From an uncultured virus (IMG/VR IMGVR_UViG_3300000558_000068) (taxonomy: Duplodnaviria > Heunggongvirae > Uroviricota > Caudoviricetes), in the IMG/VR virus record IMGVR_UViG_3300000558_000068, positions 55,018 to 75,017 of that record: DNA of 20,000 nucleotides; one strand, given 5' to 3'. Positions 1-7,457 of the stretch are shown in pieces. The notes under the pieces were generated by a model. It worked only from the letters and a program-made list of their open reading frames with translations. It did not search any database and had not been told where the DNA came from. Position 1 is the stretch's first letter, and every line of letters starts with the position of its first letter. The position numbers were made by a program, and so were the translations under genes.

Positions 1-103
1 TGAAGCTTGGAGCAGTATCGATCTTAACCTTTTGGAAAATATAACCGATAACTATTATAGCTTTGGCATTTAAATTGTATTCTTTATTGTAAATTAACTC
101 ATT

Positions 104-781
104 ATGAAAAAATTATTTACTATTTTCGCCCTCGTTTTACTTAGTTTTGTTGGTAAAGCACAATACGAAGAAAACACATATCCGGATTATGAATCTAGAT
201 TTAAACATTTCCACCACAACACCTATGAATCAAATTTTGGGTATTATAGTTATGTTTATGTTACTAATTGGTACTTGTTCTCATTTGGACCGGTAGATTT
301 TTATTATGCTAACTATTATTATCCGTATTACTGGGGATATTATACTTATTGCCAACGATATAATTATTGGAACTATTCCCCGTATTACTGGAATTATCCT
401 TCGTATCATTGGGGGTATTACTCAAATTATTATTCGAATACCGGTAATAATGATAATAACAACGTATATAATGGACACAGACCCTCTATAACGTCCAATA
501 CCAATCAACCAACCCTTAATTATAATAAACCCGTTAATCAATCTATAAACAATAAACCAACCCATCGTAATAACCAAAGCCCATTTGATCAACCACAACA
601 AAATAACCAATACAAACCGAAACCAGTTGTTAATAATAGACCGCCGATAAATTATTCAAAACCCAGTTCATCATATAATCGTCCCGCATTTAACAATTCA
701 AAACCATCAAATATTTATAATACAAAGCCGCAGAGTTATAGTCGCCCTGCAAATAATGTATCACAACAAAAACGAAGATAA
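104..781 (+). CDS. Secreted Tyr/Asn/Gln/Pro-rich low-complexity protein with Sec signal peptide
   Basis: MKKLFTIFALVLLSFVGKA/Q is a typical signal peptide with Gln at +1. The middle is Y/W/N-rich and the tail is N/Q/P/S-rich and probably disordered. A TAGCTTTG (TAnnTTTG) lies at 58-65. Confidence 0.75.
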   Translation: MKKLFTIFALVLLSFVGKAQYEENTYPDYESRFKHFHHNTYESNFGYYSYVYVTNWYLFSFGPVDFYYANYYYPYYWGYYTYCQRYNYWNYSPYYWNYPSYHWGYYSNYYSNTGNNDNNNVYNGHRPSITSNTNQPTLNYNKPVNQSINNKPTHRNNQSPFDQPQQNNQYKPKPVVNNRPPINYSKPSSSYNRPAFNNSKPSNIYNTKPQSYSRPANNVSQQKRR

Positions 782-789
782 CGAATAAC

Positions 790-1773
790 ATGGTCATTCT
801 TGGATATAAAAATTTAATAAGAAAAGTATTGCTCGAGTATCACGGAAACCAAACAGATATTGATGAAATTGAAACTATAATAACGAACGACATTGTTGAT
901 ANCACAACNNANACGANNATATCGGTAATAGTTAATCAGGGAAGAAGTGTTATAATTAGTGAAATTGAAGTTGATGACATTCAGAGACAAAACAATACAC
1001 AAATCCAAAAAATAAAAACTGAAGTCAGCATCACAATTACAGATCAAACACAAGCCACAGGTCAATTTAACCCAAAAACTATCACATTAATTGACAATGA
1101 TATGTATTCTATTGAGTTGTCCGTTGTTGTTAATCTAAACCCACAAGACATTGATAATTTAAAGAAGGAAATTGGTAAGGTGATATCTCATGAGCTACAT
1201 CACGCTTTTAGAGAAATAAAATTGATAGGTAAACAATCCAGATCAAAAATATATAATCTGGCCCAAAACTTATCGAAACTAGGATTTAAGGATTTATATA
1301 ATGATTACCCGGAACTAAAAGATTTTATGGTAATGTTCTATCTGGCACTACCACAAGAAATCACGGCAAGAGTACAAGAAACGACATCAATATTAAAAAA
1401 CATCGAATCAACAAACTATAATGACGTTACTAATCAATTATTGCGTTACCAGCCGCTTATTGACGCTAAAAAAATGATAAAATATGATATGAACGAAATA
1501 AAAAATGTCGACAACGATAAGCTCAATAATTTTATTACCGAATTTAATAAAAATATCAAATACTACGGTGATAAAGAAAATATTGACATAAAAACTAAAA
1601 ATACGGTCGATTCATTCGTTTATTATTGGGGTAGCAAAATTAGTAGGGGTGGAATGGAATTGTTTAGAAAAATATCAACGTTGGCATCTGATAAATGCTG
1701 GAATGATAAATCTCCTGAAAACCGAATTAAACATGATTTACTAGCACAATTGATGGGGGATGATTATGATTAA
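790..1773 (+). CDS. HExxH zincin-like (putative metalloprotease) protein, paralog of 7458..8480
   Basis: VISHELHHAF plus a downstream EITARVQ (possible third ligand Glu). Many blocks are shared with 7458..8480. Ns at 902-918. Confidence 0.7.
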   Translation: MVILGYKNLIRKVLLEYHGNQTDIDEIETIITNDIVDXTXXTXISVIVNQGRSVIISEIEVDDIQRQNNTQIQKIKTEVSITITDQTQATGQFNPKTITLIDNDMYSIELSVVVNLNPQDIDNLKKEIGKVISHELHHAFREIKLIGKQSRSKIYNLAQNLSKLGFKDLYNDYPELKDFMVMFYLALPQEITARVQETTSILKNIESTNYNDVTNQLLRYQPLIDAKKMIKYDMNEIKNVDNDKLNNFITEFNKNIKYYGDKENIDIKTKNTVDSFVYYWGSKISRGGMELFRKISTLASDKCWNDKSPENRIKHDLLAQLMGDDYD

Positions 1774-2419
1774 GCTACTAAATTTATTGATAGAAGAAAT
1801 AACTGATTGGGAATTTGGTTATGAAAGACCGTTCAGGTTCGATTTAAACAGCACTGTCAATGAGGGACGTTTTCGCCTGTATCATCCGGACGACCTAGAT
1901 TCATATTTCAGAACAAAAACACATCCATGGACAAAAGAAGTCATTGAAGGGGTATCGTATGTAATGGGGAAACGAAAAGATAATAGAAAACTAACAATTC
2001 AAGCAATACGTTTTAATAAAGGATACTGGAATGAAGATCAAGCAAAGAACTGGTTTAACGATAACAAAAAGAACTTCAGATTTAATATTGGACAAATTGA
2101 TGAAGGGCTAAATCTACCAAAAAAGAAACTTGATACCCCAGAAGACTGGTTTAAAAACTTGTTAACTGATCTAGAAATAAATAAACAATTTGATGATATT
2201 TTTTTTTTCAATATTAGTGACCACGATAGGGAATATATGGCGTATTTTGTTAGTGAAAAAGAATTATTGGTTAGTAACATCAAAATTTGGTCAGTATTAC
2301 GTAAAAAATATCAATTGAGCACAAAAGAAATTCGGCAATTAGTGAAAAACAAAATAGAAGGTGAGTTTGGTATTGATATTGATAGTGTTTTTTGTGGCAT
2401 TGGAAGTTATCGTCGATAG
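1760..2419 (+). CDS. Two-domain hypothetical phage protein, possibly head-associated; start may be 1766
   Basis: 219-aa ORF overlapping the upstream stop. The C-half (EGLNLPKK..WFKNLL..KIWSVLRKKYQL) resembles 9664..10071. Confidence 0.7.
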   Translation: MIMIKLLNLLIEEITDWEFGYERPFRFDLNSTVNEGRFRLYHPDDLDSYFRTKTHPWTKEVIEGVSYVMGKRKDNRKLTIQAIRFNKGYWNEDQAKNWFNDNKKNFRFNIGQIDEGLNLPKKKLDTPEDWFKNLLTDLEINKQFDDIFFFNISDHDREYMAYFVSEKELLVSNIKIWSVLRKKYQLSTKEIRQLVKNKIEGEFGIDIDSVFCGIGSYRR

Positions 2420-2425
2420 CCGGAT

Positions 2426-2581
2426 ATGAAAAACAAAAAAGTAAATAAAGTTAAATTTCTAGATAAAAAGGAATTAGCCAAGGAACAAATTAATGATCCC
2501 GATTACAGACTTAAAGCCATTCAAAAATATTACGGCGATAAGTTTACTATATCTTGTAGTCGTTGTCACCATTGTAGATAA
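2426..2581 (+). CDS. Small 51-aa protein ending in CSRCHHCR (putative metal-binding)
   Basis: Hand translation: MKNKKVNKVKFLDKKELAKEQINDPDYRLKAIQKYYGDKFTISCSRCHHCR*. Starts 6 nt after the previous stop and fills the gap. Absent from the ORF track (its shortest ORF is 61 aa). Confidence 0.6.
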   Translation: MKNKKVNKVKFLDKKELAKEQINDPDYRLKAIQKYYGDKFTISCSRCHHCR

Positions 2582-2855
2582 GCGATAAGTTACTATCAAT
2601 CTTGTAACAAATATGATCAAAATTCGTTACATCTTCCTCGCTTAAAATAAACCATTCACTTACTGCTCTCTTATAATTCCACAATCTATGTATAACTGCT
2701 TCGACCATATAAGGATTTTGGCATGGAACGGATTTAATAAGTTCCAATATGTTACCATTACCGGTTTGATTTTCTTTTAATCGTTTATTGACATGTTTAG
2801 ATACGCCAATTTTATACAAATCCGAATCGTCCTGATGTATTAAGTAAACATTCAT
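2547..2855 (-). CDS. T5orf172/MUG113 family (GIY-YIG-like) protein
   Basis: VYLI..LYKIGVSK..KRLK..QTGN..E..IHR..R..EWF pattern. Confidence 0.85.
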   Translation of the reverse strand: MNVYLIHQDDSDLYKIGVSKHVNKRLKENQTGNGNILELIKSVPCQNPYMVEAVIHRLWNYKRAVSEWFILSEEDVTNFDHICYKIDSNLSLIYNGDNDYKI

Positions 2856-3532
2856 TAGTTAAAAAGATATTTCCATTTATATAATATCCGTTTTTGTTGC
2901 TCTTTAATTGTATCATTTCGAAGAATTCCTTTTTGATTTCTTTTTTTGGGGAACTTTCGCAAATTCCAAGCATCTTCAAAACTCATACATCCCTGTTCTG
3001 TTAGTTTTTCAATCGGACCCAGTTTAAATTTACTAGCATTTTTATTAATTAGGTAAATACGTTCAAATTCATTATCCAGCAACACATCGAATTTTTCACT
3101 GAACAATGTTTTTAATTTATCTAAGAATCCGCTATTTGAATATATTTTCCAATTGTCTGGTGTATGAAACGAAAATTTTATAACTAGTGGATGCTTTGTC
3201 CTAATAAAGTCGTCAATTATTTTAAAAGCAGTTGCTGTCATTTTCATCCAATTTGCTGGAGTTTTTAATTCATTACTCATATCAGATTTAAATTGCCAAG
3301 ATACATCATAATAAACATCAATTTTGTCGTTATAGAAGTAGTAATTGTTTAAATCGTTGTTGTTTGGTTTCCGGGTAAAATAAAAAACACCTTTAACTCC
3401 ATTTTCATCAACATCATATTCCATATCACTCTTTTTAATAATATTGGAAAATGGTCTATCAAACGACTCATTTATTTGGTATTTAATAAACAATGTGTCT
3501 TTAATTACTTTTTTTATTAACTCTTCTCTCAT
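2855..3532 (-). CDS. Hypothetical phage protein
   Basis: 225-aa ORF, 4 nt downstream of the helicase stop and coupled to the next gene by a TAATG overlap. Confidence 0.75.
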   Translation of the reverse strand: MREELIKKVIKDTLFIKYQINESFDRPFSNIIKKSDMEYDVDENGVKGVFYFTRKPNNNDLNNYYFYNDKIDVYYDVSWQFKSDMSNELKTPANWMKMTATAFKIIDDFIRTKHPLVIKFSFHTPDNWKIYSNSGFLDKLKTLFSEKFDVLLDNEFERIYLINKNASKFKLGPIEKLTEQGCMSFEDAWNLRKFPKKRNQKGILRNDTIKEQQKRILYKWKYLFN

Positions 3533-3536
3533 ATTT

Positions 3537-6437
3537 TTATTTTTTTAATTTCTGAATAACACTTTTAAATATATCATCGTCTAAATTTGAATCCCCCATT
3601 ACTTGATCAATAACTTTAATTTTCTTCATAAGTGCGTGATATAGATGGAGATCCAGAGTTTCTGATACTATGTTATAATACACGTTTACCACCTTTTTAG
3701 TTCCAATACGATAACACCTATCTTGTGCTTGAAGATGATCTGCCGGCAACCAAGATAAATCATTAAAGACAACCAATTCGGCCGCTGTTAATGTAATACC
3801 AACACCTGCAGATATAATATTACCAATAAATACCTTAACATTGGGATCGTTTTGGAATCGTTCGATAGATTCCTCACGATTATTTTTTGACATTGGCCCG
3901 TGGTGTATAACTGACATTTTACCGAAATGATTGTGTAATTGTAATAGAGGCTCAGTGAAATTGGTAAAGATAACAACCTTTTTACCTTCTTCTATTGCGT
4001 TTTCAACGATTTCAATGGTAAATTCAACTTTAGATAGAGCTAAAAATTGACGTAATTTAACTAATTGTGACAAATGAAGAGCGAGATTTACAGTTTTTTG
4101 ATGATCAGCCCATGTTTGATATTCCCCAACAATTTTTTGGTATTCTTCCTTACATTGTAATGGGAGATAAATGGGCTGTACAATCTTTTCTGGTAGATCT
4201 AATATATCTTCTTTTCTTCGTCTTAAAATAACATCTTGGGTACAATTATGCAATTCTTCTAAATTACTAGCACCTTTGGTATCCCATATTTTCCTCCCAC
4301 CCCTACCATAAAATTGTTTACCAGCACAATACCGGATAACATAGCCCATCCAACTACGGGCCAGACGATGTTTACATAAGGCTAATAAATTATACAAATC
4401 AATTGGCCGATTAGTAACTGGCGTCCCAGTCAATAACCATACACGTTTAATGTTTTTGGATAAATCATTAAATATTTTAGCGCGCTGGCTTTGTTGGTTT
4501 TTTGTATAGTGGCAATTACTAACCAAAATGTTATTAGCAAAATAATTATGATTGTCGTTTATTTCGAGATTATAAACTGTTGTATTTTTTGAGCCACCAG
4601 ATTTGGGTCTTGATCTACTTCTTTGTTCCAAAACCTCAACACTTTCCACCCTAACGCATTTAACACTTCCGTTTTGCGATGATCCAAAAATTTCCATTTT
4701 TTCATTTTGTGGGTATTTCCATCGATTTCGATTGATATTTTTAATTCGGGATGAGCAATATCTGGCGAATAATGGAAGGGTAAAGAAGGAAACTGGTCGA
4801 AGACTTCTTTTGTTTTTATTGGAAACTCTAACATCCATCGATGATCCATCTGAAATAGTATATCGTATATTATTTTTTGTTGTTTGGTTATCTGACCGTT
4901 TCCACCACGAGATAAAAATGTTCGGCCTTTCATTTTTTCCGTCATTTTTTCTTTCACGCCCGGTTTTGACATTAGCGGATCGTTTTTTAATCGGTCTGAT
5001 AATTGTTGTATTAATTCTGGCCTTTTTTGAAAAGTCAATTTGTGTGTAATTGATGACTTTTGATAAACTGTTTCGTTGTGTATCTTTGCAAATTTCTCTG
5101 GCTGTCTCATTGTCCCTTTTGCTGAACAAGATCGACAACAAAATCGTCTTTTGTCTGACGGTTTTTTTGTAAATTCGATTCCACATTCTTGACAAATTTG
5201 TATAATTCGTGGCCTTTTTCTTTTTAATGTGTTTGATATTCGTATATTCACTTCCTGATCTCTGGATGAGCAAAGAATCGAACAGTGTTTGCTTTTGTTG
5301 TATTTTTGCCGCTTGGTTAATTCCTTCTGACAAACCAAACAATGTGTCGTTTGGTTTAATTTTATTTGCTTTGACATATCCTTCATTTTTAATAAATATT
5401 TTATGGTTTGGTGTGCATTCGATAATTAATCCGTTATTTGTTTTTATTTTTAATAGTCTGTTGCTTGTTTCATTTTTTATCCATCTAATGATTTTTTTAT
5501 GCTCTAATTTATTTGTTTTTAAATTATAACTTAATATTTGTACATTCAAATTATTTTCAACAATGTCACCTATTTTCATTTGCCCGAATTCGGTTGTTAC
5601 TAAAGTATTATATGTAAAACACTCATCCCCAATAATTATATCAAAATTTTCATCTACTATTGTCGTAATTAATAACTGATCTTTTTTTCTTTTATCCGGA
5701 ACTGTATGGAAATTTTTAAGAATATCATAATTAACTATTGTCCATTTCCCGCCCGATATCCATTCACTTCCATTAATGATATTAATTTGCCGTGTAGATT
5801 CTAACATTTCGATTTCTTTTTTCCAGTTTAATTTTAACGATGCTGGGCACACAATTAATATCTTTTCTGATTTAGACTCTATCGATGCAACAATTGATTC
5901 ATAGCTTTTTCCTAACCCGCAATCGTCAGCTAATATAAACCTATCATTCTCTAATAACTTAATAATACCTTCAATTTGATATTTATATGGTTTTCTTTCA
6001 TAGTTATCCCAATGGTCTTCCGAGAATTCTATTTTATTTATTGCTTTGGGTTTAATTATTGAATGTTTTGGTATCCACAAGTCCACACATTTATCATCTT
6101 CCCAAATCTTTCCCCATATATGAATAGCCTTATCTGTATTTGATAATAGTTTTTGAATGTATATCTTGGTTGGTTTCTCTACACATAAAAATTTCTTTTG
6201 TAATTCTTCTCCACAATAACCATCAATATTGTACCACTTATTAATTCCTATTACTTTCTTATCATAATTCTTAACAACGTATTCAGATATTTTTCGCCCA
6301 AATGTAGTTTCACCATTAAGAACCCGGTTTTTTAATATAAGCAAGAAATTGTTATTACCACTATAATCTTTTAAAATGGTAATAGCACGTTTTTCAACTG
6401 GCTGGTATTTTAGCTCGTTAATTTGACTTTCATCCAT
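3537..6437 (-). CDS. SNF2/HARP-like helicase precursor containing an intein (966 aa; about 597 aa after splicing)
   Basis: Motifs: I ILADDCGLGKS, Ia VCPASLKLNW, II DE/CH split by the intein, III LTGTP, IV VVIFT, V GVGITLTAA, VI QAQDRCYRIG. Start moved to the ATG at 6437 (MDESQ) because the longer ORF overlaps the neck gene on the opposite strand. Confidence 0.92.
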   Translation of the reverse strand: MDESQINELKYQPVEKRAITILKDYSGNNNFLLILKNRVLNGETTFGRKISEYVVKNYDKKVIGINKWYNIDGYCGEELQKKFLCVEKPTKIYIQKLLSNTDKAIHIWGKIWEDDKCVDLWIPKHSIIKPKAINKIEFSEDHWDNYERKPYKYQIEGIIKLLENDRFILADDCGLGKSYESIVASIESKSEKILIVCPASLKLNWKKEIEMLESTRQINIINGSEWISGGKWTIVNYDILKNFHTVPDKRKKDQLLITTIVDENFDIIIGDECFTYNTLVTTEFGQMKIGDIVENNLNVQILSYNLKTNKLEHKKIIRWIKNETSNRLLKIKTNNGLIIECTPNHKIFIKNEGYVKANKIKPNDTLFGLSEGINQAAKIQQKQTLFDSLLIQRSGSEYTNIKHIKKKKATNYTNLSRMWNRIYKKTVRQKTILLSILFSKRDNETAREICKDTQRNSLSKVINYTQIDFSKKARINTTIIRPIKKRSANVKTGRERKNDGKNERPNIFISWWKRSDNQTTKNNIRYTISDGSSMDVRVSNKNKRSLRPVSFFTLPLFARYCSSRIKNINRNRWKYPQNEKMEIFGSSQNGSVKCVRVESVEVLEQRSRSRPKSGGSKNTTVYNLEINDNHNYFANNILVSNCHYTKNQQSQRAKIFNDLSKNIKRVWLLTGTPVTNRPIDLYNLLALCKHRLARSWMGYVIRYCAGKQFYGRGGRKIWDTKGASNLEELHNCTQDVILRRRKEDILDLPEKIVQPIYLPLQCKEEYQKIVGEYQTWADHQKTVNLALHLSQLVKLRQFLALSKVEFTIEIVENAIEEGKKVVIFTNFTEPLLQLHNHFGKMSVIHHGPMSKNNREESIERFQNDPNVKVFIGNIISAGVGITLTAAELVVFNDLSWLPADHLQAQDRCYRIGTKKVVNVYYNIVSETLDLHLYHALMKKIKVIDQVMGDSNLDDDIFKSVIQKLKK
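4559..5377 (-). CDS. Zn-finger + DUF559/Vsr-like PD-(D/E)xK endonuclease nested in the +1 frame of the intein (alternative start 5386)
   Basis: Two CxxC..CSxxC/CCxxC Zn-ribbon units, a NUMOD3-like KEKMTEKMKG segment, and C-terminal PDIA..ISIEIDGNTH..D..K...L..LGWKVLRFWN.EV typical of DUF559. TATTTAT lies 14 nt upstream of the ATG at 5377. Confidence 0.88.
   Translation of the reverse strand: MSKQIKLNQTTHCLVCQKELTKRQKYNKSKHCSILCSSRDQEVNIRISNTLKRKRPRIIQICQECGIEFTKKPSDKRRFCCRSCSAKGTMRQPEKFAKIHNETVYQKSSITHKLTFQKRPELIQQLSDRLKNDPLMSKPGVKEKMTEKMKGRTFLSRGGNGQITKQQKIIYDILFQMDHRWMLEFPIKTKEVFDQFPSLPFHYSPDIAHPELKISIEIDGNTHKMKKWKFLDHRKTEVLNALGWKVLRFWNKEVDQDPNLVAQKIQQFIISK
5392..5398 (-). promoter_or_regulatory. 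TATTTAT motif (putative phage late promoter) 14 nt upstream of the nested endonuclease ATG
   Basis: Minus strand reads aaTATTTATtaaaaatgaaggatATG. Spacing matches the motif copies before 6482, 16125 and 18991. Confidence 0.55.
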
Positions 6438-6442
6438 ACAAA

Positions 6443-6467
6443 ATAAATATAATTGACGGATATTTAT
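6443..6467. promoter_or_regulatory. Divergent pair of TATTTAT motifs between the helicase (-) and neck gene (+)
   Basis: gaTATTTATt at 6461-6467 (+), 14 nt before ATG 6482. ATAAATA at 6443-6449 is TATTTAT on (-), 5 nt before ATG 6437. Confidence 0.55.
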
Positions 6468-6481
6468 TGTAAAGATTAAAA

Positions 6482-7000
6482 ATGAGTCAAAACATTGTGC
6501 CAATAAACAGAAATTCGAAATTCTACGGACTAAATGACATGCAAACAGAGATAAACATGGGTAGGGAATATATCGAGGGTGACATAGATTTTCGTGTTGT
6601 CTTATACCGGGTTGATCATGAAAAAACAAACACGGACGATTTATATGGTGAAGTTGAAGCCTATCAAATAAAATATAAATCACCAATAGAATTAAGTTGC
6701 TCAGTATCGTTAAAACCAAAACAAAATAAACAATATGGGACTAACGCATCACTAATTAGAGAAGAATGGGGTAATCTTGAATTTAACGTGTATGAAGAAC
6801 AATTAAAAGAACTTGATATTGAGATTAATAAAGGAGACTACGTTGGATATCCTGTCCGCGAGAATTTTTTTAAGTATTTTAGCGTGGTTGATAATGATAA
6901 GGTTAATGATGACACAACCAGATTATTGGGATTGAAAAAAGGGTTCTATCGTCATATCGTGTGTACACCAACAGATAACAGCGAATTTATGGTTAATTAA
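6482..7000 (+). CDS. Neck / head-closure protein (T4 gp14-like)
   Basis: VVLYRVD..T..DDLYGE...Y..P.E pattern typical of gp14-like proteins; position upstream of the tail terminator and sheath. Confidence 0.65.
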   Translation: MSQNIVPINRNSKFYGLNDMQTEINMGREYIEGDIDFRVVLYRVDHEKTNTDDLYGEVEAYQIKYKSPIELSCSVSLKPKQNKQYGTNASLIREEWGNLEFNVYEEQLKELDIEINKGDYVGYPVRENFFKYFSVVDNDKVNDDTTRLLGLKKGFYRHIVCTPTDNSEFMVN

Positions 7001-7003
7001 AAT

Positions 7004-7234
7004 ATGATAAATTTACAGGAAGAAATAAAAAAATCAAAAAAATTGATGGGAATTAATGCGACAAATTTACATGAATTATTATCACGAACTGTTGTTATGA
7101 AATATCGTGGAATAAAAGTAACATTATTATCAACCGAACAATCATCCCTTGCCCAAGAAAAAGCTAAAAAAATGCTAGATGATATTCTACAAAATCATAA
7201 TAACATTGTTGAGATAACACTTCAAATTCAATAA
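7004..7234 (+). CDS. Small hypothetical protein with NLQEEIxxxKxLMG leader
   Basis: 76 aa, tightly packed in the operon. The N-terminus is shared with the ORFs starting at 7458 and 10071. Confidence 0.7.
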   Translation: MINLQEEIKKSKKLMGINATNLHELLSRTVVMKYRGIKVTLLSTEQSSLAQEKAKKMLDDILQNHNNIVEITLQIQ

Positions 7235-7237
7235 TAT

Positions 7238-7453
7238 ATGGGATTTAAGAAAACAATGACGGATATATTAAACTCACTTCCTGTAATTAAAAACAAGATT
7301 TATAAAAGTGCTGGTGTTTATGCTAGCGAAACAGATAACACGGGTACAGGAAGAACAAATAAAACTGACGGATTTACCATGTCAACGGATCCTTTAGGTG
7401 GAGATGATACTATGACATTAACCGATAGAAAAATAGTAATTAATAGGAAATAA
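7238..7453 (+). CDS. Small hypothetical protein
   Basis: 71 aa with 3-4 nt spacing to both neighbours. Confidence 0.6.
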   Translation: MGFKKTMTDILNSLPVIKNKIYKSAGVYASETDNTGTGRTNKTDGFTMSTDPLGGDDTMTLTDRKIVINRK

Positions 7454-7457
7454 TAAC

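Larger units (their letters stand above)
4515..5621 (-). mobile_element. Intein (Hint domain), 369 aa, inserted in helicase motif II (GDE|CHY)
   Basis: Block A CFTYNTLV, block B ECTPNHKIF, block F VYNLEINDNHNYFAN, block G ILVSN followed by +1 Cys. Removal restores DECH. Confidence 0.93.

Noticed and set aside
2..73. Possible 3' end of an upstream plus-strand gene (EAWSSIDL..FGI*)
   Set aside because: Only 23 codons are visible, so it cannot be supported.
4559..5386. Group I intron as the explanation for the nested endonuclease
   Set aside because: The host frame is uninterrupted, the intein blocks are complete, and there is no non-coding space for a ribozyme core.
4603..5529. Plus-strand ORFs 4603..5049 and 5209..5529 inside the intein
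   Set aside because: F/L/I-rich antisense shadows of Lys-rich dual-coded sequence, with no motifs.
6438..6719. 94-aa N-terminal extension of the helicase ORF in the track
   Set aside because: Mostly antisense to the neck gene, with atypical composition. The ATG at 6437 gives a clean divergent arrangement.
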